A program made the translations under genes and the position numbers. From NCBI GenBank assembly GCA_965178125.1, contig OZ237778.1:1-38401 (forward strand): a stretch of 38,401 bases of DNA, written 5' to 3'. Shown here in pieces: positions 38,390 to 38,401 of the stretch (positions are counted from its first letter, which is position 1; the number at the start of each line of letters is the position of its first letter). This DNA is from Bilabrum cf. latius. Taxonomy: Eukaryota. The notes under the pieces are model-generated. The model saw only the letters and a program-made list of their open reading frames with translations, had not been told where the DNA came from and ran no database searches.

Positions 38390-38401
38390 ATTTTTTGAAA
38401 T

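Overview
This is a highly AT-rich, gene-dense, intron-free mitochondrial genome of a protist, probably complete or nearly so. All genes lie on the + strand. UGA is read as Trp (translation table 4; a tRNA-Trp(UCA) is present), so the supplied ORF track fragments most genes and I re-read the frames by hand. Content: nad1-7, nad4L, nad9, a truncated nad11, cob, cox1-3, atp1/6/8/9, about 13 recognisable ribosomal protein genes, rnl, rns and only 12 tRNA genes. Notable features: (i) an in-frame nad9-nad2(N-half) fusion, with the nad2 C-half as a separate ORF; (ii) very large rps4 (1063 aa), rps3 (808 aa) and rps10 (419 aa, possibly rps7-rps10) frames, and an rpl5 with an extra C-terminal domain; (iii) an orphan locus between cox1 and nad11, where a 535-aa membrane ORF carries a near-identical piece of nad11 and is preceded by a 74-aa paralog of its own N-terminal domain; (iv) a duplicated, structurally aberrant tRNA-Met. 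I cannot assign the lineage reliably without a database search.
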